A stretch of 64,000 nucleotides of DNA from an uncultured Gammaproteobacteria bacterium (GTDB lineage: Bacteria; Patescibacteriota; Patescibacteriia; Magasanikbacterales; GWA2-37-8). Under the pieces are notes generated by a model. The model did not search any database, was not told the origin of the DNA, and worked only from the letters and a program-made list of their open reading frames with translations. Made by a program: the position numbers and the translations under genes. Location: contig CAZINT010000003.1 of the NCBI GenBank assembly GCA_964540825.1, forward strand, positions 19,250 to 83,249, in the 5' to 3' direction. Below are positions 28,943-39,500 of the stretch, piece by piece. Position 1 is the first letter of the stretch. Each line of letters opens with the position of its first letter.

Positions 28943-31744
28943 TTAAGGGGCACCCTTACCCTTCCAATCACTAAAAACCGTATCTCTGATTTTATTATAA
29001 ATATCTACGTTCCCAGTTGCAGTATAATGAGCTTTTAACTTTGTAAGGAGGGTTATCACATCTGCCCTAGCTGCCCCAACCATCTTACTGTCTTTGGTAC
29101 TATCCGAAAAAGCACTAGAGAAACCCGAAGCTGCATCACGCGTGTCTTTGAATTTACTCATTTTTTCAAACAAATTATCCACATCAAGTGACGTTGAGTT
29201 GCCAGCATCATCAGTAGAACCAAAACCTTGAATAAAGTCAGTTTGTTTAAAGTCTACACGAGGTGCGAAGTAAGATTGCATACCGCTCTTCAAATTTGCA
29301 GCAGTATCTGTTGCATTAGGACCAACCTGTCTTCGCGTCGAATCATAGGCGTTAAACAAGCGAAAAGCAGTATGTGCGCCTTGTGAGGGTTTGATTTTAT
29401 TAGCTGCAAGCACGGCCGGATCGTCCGAAAGCTCTTCTACAGCACCCGCAACTCTTACTTCACCTTTACCAGCCAGACTTTTTGTCGCATCAGAGAGCAG
29501 CGACAACACGGCCTGAGCCTCATCATTGTTACGGAAAGTTTTATCATCATTAATTAAGCTATGTGCAACATCAAATTCCCTTGCGTTAGTAATGGCGCTT
29601 CTGCCGGTTATAGCCTGCAGAATATCCTGCCCGGAAGATTCCGCACTCATACTCGCATTACCGCGAACTTTTTTAAGCACCGCCGCCATAACAGCGGTAT
29701 ATGTCTGCTGACCGTCTTTTGCGGACGCCGCCAAGAGTTGTGCCGCGCCGCGCCGCAAATTTTTTAATTTCTTCTCTTCTTCTTCCTTAATAGTACCCGC
29801 CAGTAATTTGGCATCTAGCGCCATTGTTTCGGTAGCAATTTTGACCGCTTCATTCACTTTTTCATTTTGATTCATGTTTAAAAATTCCTTTTGATCTTCT
29901 TCAAACTGATGATTATATACGGATTTTACTGTAGCCGCAGCTTCAGCATTTTTACCCTGTTCTCGAAGTAGCGCAGCACGCTGTTGAGCAATAGCTACCG
30001 CTTCCTGACGATGCAAACCTTTCCTGATGTTTTCAGCATTTGCTTGTGCTTCGATAGCTGTGTGCTCATACTCATGAAACTCAGGGTCGTGCTCGTCAAT
30101 TAAACGCTGCTCTTCTTTGGCATATTTTTCATCCTTCTTTTTTTCAGCCATTTTTTGGGCAGCATGCGCTTTTACACCGGTAAGGAGTTTTAATTTACCA
30201 CCCCAAGATTTACTTGTACTATAGGTTTCTTCAACAATTTCATGTACATTTTCGGCTGACTTTTCCCAATCTTCAGCGCGCTTAGCCTTGCGCCCCGCTG
30301 TTTCCCAAAAAGCACCTCCCACATATGCTTTGAGGTTGTTGTAAATACCACCATCTTTTGCCGCTTTATCTTCCCAAGCCTTAACTCTTTTGTTGCGAGC
30401 AATGTCGCTCACCCCCTTCAAAACGCCCAAACCACCCTTAATGGATTTTCCTAAATTCTGCCAATTCTCTCCACCAATTACCGGGAATTTCATAGCAATA
30501 CCCTTTGCTGCCGGAGCAACCACATTGCTTCCCGTCCACTTAGCAGCATTAAGGCCGCTAGCATAGCCGAATACTTTCTTACCAAAGTCAAGGCCGCTGC
30601 CAACAGCGTCTGCACCCATACCACCAAGCTCGCTGGCCGCTTTGGCCCCAACCATAAGCATGCCAATGGCAATAGCAAAACTGGCCATTTTTGACCAGGT
30701 CATGATAACCGAAATTCCGGCAGATTGTAGACCAGAAGCGAGCCCTCCTGTTCCAGGAGAAGTATCTTGATCAATTCTGTTTGGCGCAGTCGAGTGACTG
30801 GCAATATCACTGCTAATATCCCCACTTCCAAGCGTCACGAACGAAAGCCAGATAAAAAAGAGTAGTACCGGACCCGTAATAACATTGGCAATAAACTGGT
30901 CCCACCATTTGTGCGGAAATGATTGGGTAGAGGGCAAAATACTGAGCACAAAAGCGAGCGGCGAGAGCACAATCAAAACCCAGAGCACAACCATGCGCTG
31001 GATAAGCATGTAGAGGAATGCAAGCATAACCCCCAAAACCATCGCTGCAAACGTAATACCTCCAACTGCCGCAACAAATTGAGCCGTAGCGGTCAATTTG
31101 TCGGGAGTGACACCGTCAGCCAGTTCTAATATTTTATTAAGTTGAAAAGCGTTAATCAGGTTGCCGCCCGCAGTAGCAGCGATACCGTTCACAAACGTGG
31201 TCATGACAATTTGGCCGATATCGATAATTACTCCGCAAATCGTACGACTGAAGTTGACAATTATCGCGGTAAAAACAAACTTACCTAATAATTTTTTCCA
31301 TTCGTATTGCTCGCTGCCTAAAATAGTACCAAACGCAATCACCAAAAGAATGACCACAAAACCCATGTTGGTAAAGTCGCGAACCATCACCCACCCGACA
31401 TTAACAGCCGTTGAATCGAGGTAGCCATTATACCCAGCCAAGGTGATAATGAAGGTAAGGACAAATATAGTTAACTTAATAAAGAGCCCGGCAATAGCCA
31501 GGATGACTGTCGCAAACAGGTTAAGCCAAAAATCAAGGGAAATTATTCCAGCTGAACTGGCAGTCTGAGCAAAGGCTGGCGGCGCAAAAAACGTAACTGC
31601 TACTCCGCCAACAACAAGACAAATTAAAAAAACACCAATCCATTTACGGCGGAGGCGAAACCATGAACCGAGCGCCTGAAGTTTGGAAGCGACGTTCGCG
31701 AACACAAGAAAAATTATAATTGAAAACTGAACGTAGTATAGCAC
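28943..31744 (-). CDS. VirB6/TrbL-like polytopic membrane protein with long hydrophilic C-terminus
   Basis: GW.MVRDFTN, L.NFSRTICG.IID, R.VVLW.LIVLSPLAF...LP....WW..F pattern. Confidence 0.8.
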   Translation of the reverse strand: MLYYVQFSIIIFLVFANVASKLQALGSWFRLRRKWIGVFLICLVVGGVAVTFFAPPAFAQTASSAGIISLDFWLNLFATVILAIAGLFIKLTIFVLTFIITLAGYNGYLDSTAVNVGWVMVRDFTNMGFVVILLVIAFGTILGSEQYEWKKLLGKFVFTAIIVNFSRTICGVIIDIGQIVMTTFVNGIAATAGGNLINAFQLNKILELADGVTPDKLTATAQFVAAVGGITFAAMVLGVMLAFLYMLIQRMVVLWVLIVLSPLAFVLSILPSTQSFPHKWWDQFIANVITGPVLLFFIWLSFVTLGSGDISSDIASHSTAPNRIDQDTSPGTGGLASGLQSAGISVIMTWSKMASFAIAIGMLMVGAKAASELGGMGADAVGSGLDFGKKVFGYASGLNAAKWTGSNVVAPAAKGIAMKFPVIGGENWQNLGKSIKGGLGVLKGVSDIARNKRVKAWEDKAAKDGGIYNNLKAYVGGAFWETAGRKAKRAEDWEKSAENVHEIVEETYSTSKSWGGKLKLLTGVKAHAAQKMAEKKKDEKYAKEEQRLIDEHDPEFHEYEHTAIEAQANAENIRKGLHRQEAVAIAQQRAALLREQGKNAEAAATVKSVYNHQFEEDQKEFLNMNQNEKVNEAVKIATETMALDAKLLAGTIKEEEEKKLKNLRRGAAQLLAASAKDGQQTYTAVMAAVLKKVRGNASMSAESSGQDILQAITGRSAITNAREFDVAHSLINDDKTFRNNDEAQAVLSLLSDATKSLAGKGEVRVAGAVEELSDDPAVLAANKIKPSQGAHTAFRLFNAYDSTRRQVGPNATDTAANLKSGMQSYFAPRVDFKQTDFIQGFGSTDDAGNSTSLDVDNLFEKMSKFKDTRDAASGFSSAFSDSTKDSKMVGAARADVITLLTKLKAHYTATGNVDIYNKIRDTVFSDWKGKGAP

Positions 31745-31794
31745 ACTTTTTGAGGCGCAACAACGTATGGGGATAAGCGGAAAAACAAAAAATT

Positions 31795-31828
31795 AAAAAA
31801 CATTCTACAGCAAGTAGAATGTTTTTTA
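31795..31828. terminator. Intrinsic terminator
   Basis: aaaaaacattctac-agcaa-gtagaatgtttttt. Confidence 0.75.
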
Positions 31829-31961
31829 GAAGAAGCTTATCCAGGCGCTACCAGCGGTTCCAAAACCTTAGAACGACTGGTAGTGGCTGCGCCTGGGCGA
31901 GCCGACGATGCAATTGCCTTGCATCTGGTGAAAAGAATCGCCGACTGAGGGAGATCAGCCC

Positions 31962-32501
31962 CTACGGCCTGTCGGAGGTGTACGCCGACCTCAGGCTGTA
32001 GAACCCCTGGCGGGGGGTCCCGCCGATGCCGTCGTAAAACGGCGACGGGTAGGTCTTGAAGAGGAGGCTCGTGAGCACCACACCTCCCAACACCTTCCCA
32101 TCGCCCGGATCACCAGCGATGTAGATCTCCTGGGGCGAACTGCCCACCTTAAGGATCAGCCAGAACCCATTGTCGCGGCGCGTCGCCTGGTAGATGGGGT
32201 TGCCGCCCACCGAGCTCTCGGCGAGCGACGCGGCGGTCGGATCCGGTCCGGAGTACAGGGCGAAGGACTGGAGGGATGACGCACCATCCCAGCGCGCGAC
32301 CAGCTGACCGATCCGGTACTCACACACCGGGTCAGTGTTGACCATCCGGAAGTGGCCCAGCAGACGGATGCCGCTGCTTGGCTGGGCAGTCGATTCATTG
32401 ATTGCGCTGACCTCGGGCATGGTGTCTTGGCAGGGGTCGCCGCAGGCGGCCAGAGCGAAAACAGCCAGAAGGGCAAAAAACAAGCTTTTACTGCGCATCA
32501 T
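31962..32501 (-). CDS. GC-rich islet gene; predicted lipoprotein (lipobox LAAC)
   Basis: AAGGAG SD; MRSKSLFFALLAVFALAA-C; start at 32501 or 32498. Confidence 0.75.
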   Translation of the reverse strand: MMRSKSLFFALLAVFALAACGDPCQDTMPEVSAINESTAQPSSGIRLLGHFRMVNTDPVCEYRIGQLVARWDGASSLQSFALYSGPDPTAASLAESSVGGNPIYQATRRDNGFWLILKVGSSPQEIYIAGDPGDGKVLGGVVLTSLLFKTYPSPFYDGIGGTPRQGFYSLRSAYTSDRP

Positions 32502-32530
32502 GGACTCCTTCGGTTAGGTTGTGCACTCCC

Positions 32531-32559
32531 AACCTAACCGAATTTGAATTTTTTGTCAA
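32531..32559 (-). promoter_or_regulatory. Putative promoter TTGACA-17-TAGGTT overlapped by a 12-bp inverted repeat
   Basis: ttcggttaggtt (32509-32520) / aacctaaccgaa (32531-32542). Confidence 0.5.
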
Positions 32560-32828
32560 TTTTTATAGCTTAAAAACCTTCTTTTTCTAAAATTAACTTT
32601 TTAAAAAACTTATCCACAGTGTTTTATTGCTAAAATAAGCTAAATATGTGATAGTGAACTTGACAATTTTATAGATTTTTAATCTATTTTCGTGTATTTT
32701 AATGGGTTACTTTCTTTAAATAAAGAGTAACGGCCTTATCCTGCATCGTACTCAGGACATTTTCTTAGATGTCTTAGGTAAGATGCGGGACATTATTCCT
32801 GCGTTGGTAACTGCCTTGGAGGCACATC

Positions 32829-33392
32829 ATGAACCGTCGGAGGATCACAGAGTTTCTAAACATTCTCGCCGCCATCTTCGCGCTAACCCTTTCTTCCGGC
32901 TGCTCGCCGGAACTGATCGGCGGAGTCCCAGAGTACAGCTCTGCCAAGCAGGGTCTCGACCCCGCCGGCAAGCTCAGGGCCGGGGATGACGGCCTCATCC
33001 ACCACCCCGAGCCCTGGGCGAAGGACGGCGGACTGCCGCGAGACCCGGGGACCGGATGCAAAGACATCGTGCCCCAGTTGCAGTGGATCGGCTTGACCGG
33101 CTGGAAGTTCGGCTGGAACGACGACGGGAAGACGTGGCAGAATCTGCTCGTCTACCCGGCCCACTTCGTGTCGACCCGCACCTCGGTGCAAGGCACTCAC
33201 TGCATCGGGGTTATCATGGACGACGGGCCCAACCAGCTGGGGACCATCGATCTCATCCTCAGCTACGCCCAGCTGGGCGAGGCCTACTCGTCTAATGAGG
33301 GTGGAATCTTCCGTCCGGTTGGTCGAGACGACGAGACAGGGCTCACCCCGTCCGACCTCGGCTTCCTCTGGGGGCGGCACGCTGCGCCCTAA
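32829..33392 (+). CDS. GC-rich islet gene; predicted lipoprotein (SSG-C)
   Basis: GGAGG SD; MNRRR..LAAIFALTLSSG-C; GC-biased codons. Confidence 0.72.
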   Translation: MNRRRITEFLNILAAIFALTLSSGCSPELIGGVPEYSSAKQGLDPAGKLRAGDDGLIHHPEPWAKDGGLPRDPGTGCKDIVPQLQWIGLTGWKFGWNDDGKTWQNLLVYPAHFVSTRTSVQGTHCIGVIMDDGPNQLGTIDLILSYAQLGEAYSSNEGGIFRPVGRDDETGLTPSDLGFLWGRHAAP

Positions 33393-33420
33393 TCCTCGGC
33401 CAAACATTGGCCAAACTTCC

Positions 33421-33456
33421 GAGCAGATGCGCTTCGCCCATCTGCTCGTTCTCTTT
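33421..33456 (+). terminator. 3' hairpin of the islet gene
   Basis: gagcagatg...catctgctc followed by a pyrimidine run. Confidence 0.55.
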
Positions 33457-33484
33457 AAAAAACAAATTTTGTTTTTTAACCGAA

Positions 33485-33520
33485 AATAAAAATCCCCTTT
33501 AATATGGGGATTTTTATTTT
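33485..33520. terminator. Bidirectional terminator
   Basis: aaataaaaatcccc...ggggatttttattt. Confidence 0.8.
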
Positions 33521-33534
33521 AATATGCTCTGATG

Positions 33535-36500
33535 TTATTTTGTGACAGGCAAGATCACATCACGGCTAAATTTAATCCATGCTTTATCACTATTACATTC
33601 ATTCAGTCCAGCCGGTTTATTATAGCAGCCGCCTCCAGCGCGGCACGTGCCCGTGCACCACCCCCAATTATCTTCAACTCGTACAGCCGGCTTAAATTTA
33701 CAGCAACCATTTGGATACAGTTCCGGATTAGAACCACATTCATTAGCTGGATAGACCTTCGCTGTGCGCGCATCACATTGGTAGACATGATCGAATTGGA
33801 AGTATGAACTATCGCAGGTCTGATCAAGAATACGGCCAAAGCTTGGAGCTACGTTTGAAGCCAAACAAATTGGAGCGACCGAACAATCGTCGTCGGTACT
33901 GCAGGTCGCCTCGGTAGTCCGTTTAACAATACAGCGATTGACACCCGCATCACGGTCACAGGTGTTGCCTGCGCCACAGTCAGCGTCTGAAGTACAGCTT
34001 TTGTCTTGAAGCTCGCTTACTTGACACTGCTTTGGTTTGCCAGCGGCAACCTGAACACAGGCTGCAGGAGCAAAACCTCGATGGTTGCGATACAACCCGC
34101 TGTAATCTGCAGGAGCTGGACGATCACCCCAGTCAACCGAAATCTTGCGCAGCGGCATATGATTCGCATCGGCAAAAGCATAGAACTTAAGGAACACATG
34201 CCCGGTCTTACTGGTTATTTTAACATCACGATCGGAACGATCATTGACCGTTACCCCGGGTTCAGTACTATCTTCAATACATTGCTCCAGCGAATTACAC
34301 GGACCAAGCGGGAACACTACCGGAGGTTTAACCGGATTTTCAGCAGTTTCAGTTATATCATATGTCGGGTAGTCGGTCGTGCGCCAAATTCGATCAGCAC
34401 CTGTAGCGGTATAATTGAAATAATTAAGACCGTAGACCCGGGCAAACAATCCGCTCAGTGATGTTTCGCCATCAGATATTTCTCTTCCGGAAGCAACGCT
34501 GTTAGCCATAGTATATCCATCACCCATGGGCGTAGTTTGGTAACAGAGCCCATTTGGATTACTCGCTGTTCTTGGACATGAATAGGGTGAGCCGACAGTA
34601 AAGCCATTTATAGCCGGATTATTCTTCGTAATAGTATCAGCGAAAAATGTAGCACAAACAGTCTTGTTCATATCTGTACAGACTTTTTGCGTCTGGAATG
34701 GCGACATGAATATAGGTGAATTGGCCGCAGGAGGACTGAAAAGACCCATTTCTAAACTGCCGAACGGTGCAGTGAGCGTATCGTACGTATAGCCCAGGGT
34801 TGAAACCGTGTAGTTAGGACGAGTCGAGCTCTTCCACAGCCTGTCGGTCCATGGAGCCGTATCTCCCCGTGCTGGAGTCTGCGCATAATGAAGCGTTGCA
34901 TCTTCAACATAGGTACAAAGCTGCTTAAGTTTAAAGCTTACCTCATACCAAATATTTCCTCCGCCGCCAGAATTGTCACAGTAAGCCACGTCATACCCAA
35001 TGAGCGTACCCTGCGGTCCGCTGTTAAACTTAAGATTAACAGCATGCCAATTTCCTGACCCCGAAGCGTCATTTCTACCATTGCAAATTCCATACACAAC
35101 ACCATTCCGTTCGCTCACTTTACCTGAAGTGTGCGCGCCCCACATCTGACCTCCACCGATTGCAAGTGATTCAAAACCACTTTCTTTGAACGGATTGCCG
35201 CGCAAAACATCACAGCCGCCATTTTTCGATTCACAAATATTACCATTCTCATCTACATACCGGCCATTATTGGCTGCACCGCCATTATTACCATTATCGC
35301 TGCCATAGAGAAGGAGAAAATCATTGCTGCTATGAAGGTATTTGCCAGTTACCACATAACCACTCGTAACACCATTATTAGGATTTTTAAGCCGATTGAG
35401 CTTGTACTTTGCCTGTACCCCATCAGGGTCGGCGCCATTTGGAGTAGGGTCGTTGGGCCAAATGGAAAACCAACTATCCGGAGCAGGATCTTCGTTATCG
35501 CCACTAATAACTCTAAAATCAATTCTTTCAATGTCTTCTTTTGTAAATTTCCTTTCCTGATCAGTTGCAGCAATAAAGTCACGAACAAAGTACCCGCCTG
35601 TTGAGGCATTGTCATAGTTGAAATTTCCATTACCCGGGCTCATATACGTATAGTCGGTACCAAAACGCAGATTAGAATTTACTACTACGGTTGGTTTACC
35701 ATCGACAAGCGGAGCACCGCCCGCAACTGATGCCTGGGTACAGAAGTATCGACCGCTATTGGCAGGAGGATTATACCCGGCTTCCGGGTATAAATTATTT
35801 ACGTCAACCGAACCAACCAGGCTATCTACCGGTAACCAGCTAAGGCACGGGTGCTTCGTTGGATCGCCATTCACAATACGGGACAAATCTTGTTCCAGGC
35901 AGAAGCCTTTCCATCCCAGCAAGTTGTAGCTGCGTTTTTGTTTAAGACAAACACCGTCAGTTATCTTATTGCCCATAGCATCAACAACCGCTGTCATGGC
36001 GCCATTGGCTACTTTTGTCTTATAACAATCGTCATCAACATCACATTTATAACCATCACGCCCACCGCCCTGACAGATACCGCCCGGCACAACACCCTGA
36101 TTGGTATCGCCAACACGATCGGCAGCGTTTACCGAGCCGTTTGGATTGCTATAGTTCCAATATCTGGTTAAGGTATCGGCAAAATTTACCTTGGTATAAT
36201 CACACTCGCACAAATATCCTTGTGTACCATCTGAAGAAGGATTCTTTGTTTCCTGACAGAAGTTTGCACTGGCAAAGAAAGAGTTCTTGTTCGTGAGTGT
36301 AGTATACGGGAACGGTGAATCTTTTTCAGGGTACGCACGGCAGGACTGGCGGATGGAGTTGGTATTGAGGTCACTGGCCTTGCCGGTAATGTTCTTCATA
36401 CAAATTCCGTTCAAGCACGTTCCAGAGTTACCGTTTCCACAAACTGGATTGTTGGCGTCAACAATTTTACAAGCTACGTCGTCTTTAGTCTTGCCATCAG

Positions 36501-39500
36501 CACAATTAACGTTGCCGCAAGGAACTGTTTTTACTAAACGCCAATCTGGTGAACTATTCTTGGTACTGACATTAACCTGCGATAATTCTTCCGGCGGGAA
36601 GATGCCGGCAATCGAATAACCGGAAAAGTCCATTCCTTTCCAACTGATATCACGCTTGGTATAAAGCTCGGAATCCAAGACTTGGTTGCTATATTCATAA
36701 TCTGTATCAACCCAGTTCGCGCAGTTGGTTAAGTCGCCCTGCGATGGGTTATCCGGGGTAGCGTTGCAGCGGCCAATATCATCACAAATATTTTTCCACT
36801 TATTGGTTTTAATATCCCAAACTCGATGGGACGAACGGCACTGGAGCCATTCACCACAGCTGCGATCACGCGCTACTTTAATAAGGATATTAGCATCATT
36901 TTGGTTGGCGCCGGTTGCTGCTATCGGCTGTACACCATTAATATTCTCAAGCTTATTGCCGGCAGCATAGGTAGCTTCACTCGACCAGAACTTGGTCGGA
37001 TTACTTGTTTCATTAAAGAGTACGCAACCCTTTTTCTGATCTACCAAACCATCACAATCATCGCTCGAAATTTTTTGATTTTTTAAATAATAATACGGAT
37101 GATTATTATCGTTAGGATCAACAAACTCCGTACACTGATTTTGGGCTGCAGGGCACTCACCGACAAAATTTTGATATCGCGATCCATCCCCAGCAGACCA
37201 GAGGCCATAGCTTGAGCCTTCTTGAATATAATTTGGATAGCACGGCTGACTGCCAATATTCTGACAAGTTGCAGTGCCGCCGCAGTCGGCATTGGCTGTA
37301 CAGAATTTGCCGGCATTATTACTGCAAACACCGGTATTCTTCCAAAACCAACCGTTTGATTTATTACCGTTAACCGTAACGCCCGTCTGATACGTGCAAA
37401 TTTTTTGTCCGGTAATAAGCGGATCTTTGAAGTATGAGCTGCCAGCTGAACTCGTAAACGCCGAGCAGCCTACCGATTCTTTTTGACAGAGCGTATTTGT
37501 ATATGCAGCCGGATCATTCTTAACGAGCGTGGTCGTATACTGCATTCCACCCGGAGTTGCTTTTTGCACGCCTGCAAAGGTACAACCTAAATCGGCCACA
37601 TTACATGAAGCTGCTTGGTTGGCAACCAGATACACAGGCGTTGTGGTAGGAGTATCTGACGGTATATAGACAGTTGAATTGACAAACGAACCAGCGCCGG
37701 CAGCTTGAATAATTTCGGCCGCTGTATGACCTACAGCGTTTACGTAACAACCTTGCTGTCCAACCGGGATTTGACAGGAAACCGTGTCGCTGCCAATGGT
37801 AACTTGCACTTTTGTGCCGCCCGTACCGCTAAGCCAGATATTATACGCTTTAGGGCCTGGGTCAGTTGGAGTATTTTTGGTGTCAAACAACGCCGTACAG
37901 CCAATTGCTCCTTCGCGACAAAGATAATTAAAACCGGTAAGGTTAAACACTTTATTACTTGGATCCTTATACTGCATACACCCGAGTGCCTCACCAGGCA
38001 GATTGTCGTTTACATTACTATCACAGACAGCATCTACTTTAAGGGTGTTTTTTACTAAATAGACGTAGCCGGTTACTTCAACTAAGCGAATATTATCAAG
38101 ATATACTTTGGAAGCACCGTCATTTTTAAAGACTAAAGCACCGCTCGGGTCAGCCCCGGCATACTCAATCGGTCCAACGTGATATTGATTCCAGGTATCA
38201 CCGATACCAACCGTGCCCAAATCTTTGGAGTTGGTTCCGTCAGCGCTGGCCAAACTTACCGTTAACGACTGACTATCTCCCTTAGCCCAAAAAGTCAGAT
38301 CGTAACTCTTGTTCGTCGTAAGGCCAACACTCCGAATAAGCGTGTTGCTTCCTGAAAAACCTAAGGAATGTTCACCGGCATGAGTTGATTCATTTGAAAT
38401 TTGTACACTGGAAGGTTTCCAGGCAGCGAGCGCAGCGACACCGTTTTCAAACCTATCATTGACAACTTCACGGACATTGTTGCCCGCATTTCCTTTGTAA
38501 GCCCGGCAGGTATTCGCTCTTGCCTGGCACGATTTGCTGGTGCCTGCAGTGTTATCGACGCCATTTGGTAAGCCGTAGTAGAAACATGAACCATTCTTAT
38601 ACTCACCACCCTGGAGACAAACCTGGCACTGGTTATTGTTCCAAAAACCTTTTTTGGCATCACAGGTAGTTTGATCGTACGTTGTAGGAACCAGTTCGCT
38701 GTTATTTAAGCGGTAGGGAGTACAAGCATTGGTAACAGGAATTGTTTTTGAAAGCAACCGATAATAAACTGCGCCGGCATCATCATTAAACTGCCGGCAG
38801 TCCGCATCTGCCTGGCCTGCTTTATAGGCAGTTTCGTTACAAATTTTATCGTAAGCAGCTGCGTCACTTTGGGTCCGATAAAAATATTTCGGTCCACCCG
38901 TCTCGTCTTTAGCCAATGTATACACCTTCAATTGATAGCCGCCAACCGTAGAGCCTTCGTAGGTAATAAAATTCTTTTGAACATTCACGTCAGGCGTGGC
39001 ACAGGGGCGAAGATACGAATAATATTCAACATTCTCAACTTGGCCAAGCGCAGTACTGAGGTTGGTAAAGCTGCTGCACCCCTCTTCTTGAGCTGTACAA
39101 GTTGAACCTGAAGCCGGAATAATATAGGCAACATCTTGCCCGGTTGAATAGTTACTTGGCATTTCGCGATATCCGGCGTAACCAACACATTTAGCGTCAC
39201 ACTGATCGTTCCAGACAATTTGGTTGTCGATAACTTCCGCAGCCTTAAAGCGGCCTGGGATACGCGTACCGCCGTTGGCTGGCGCATACCAGTTACAGCT
39301 TACTTCATCAGGAATACAAGCGCCGGCATACTTGCTGCATTCGGCTCGCGGTGCAAGGCGGGCAAGATCAGCAGTAGTTTCGGGATAATCAACTTTTTTA
39401 GTTGCCGGATCACTATCATAACAGCCTAAATAGTCAGGGGCCTTTTTTAAATAAAGATTACTTGAACTATTTGATGCCAATTGAAACGCGGAGCAGCCTG

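Noticed and set aside
32610-32618. Perfect DnaA box TTATCCACA in an AT-rich spacer (near matches around 15407, 31767 and 42187) as oriC
   Set aside because: Boxes are isolated, there is no dnaA/dnaN nearby and no switch in gene strand bias.
3806-33407. Long antisense or alternate-frame ORFs over GC-rich genes (3806-4438, 5397-5969, 21435-22307, 21490-21912, 32883-33407)
   Set aside because: Expected stop-poor shadows of high-GC3 genes; the chosen frames have the SD, promoter, terminator and protein motifs.
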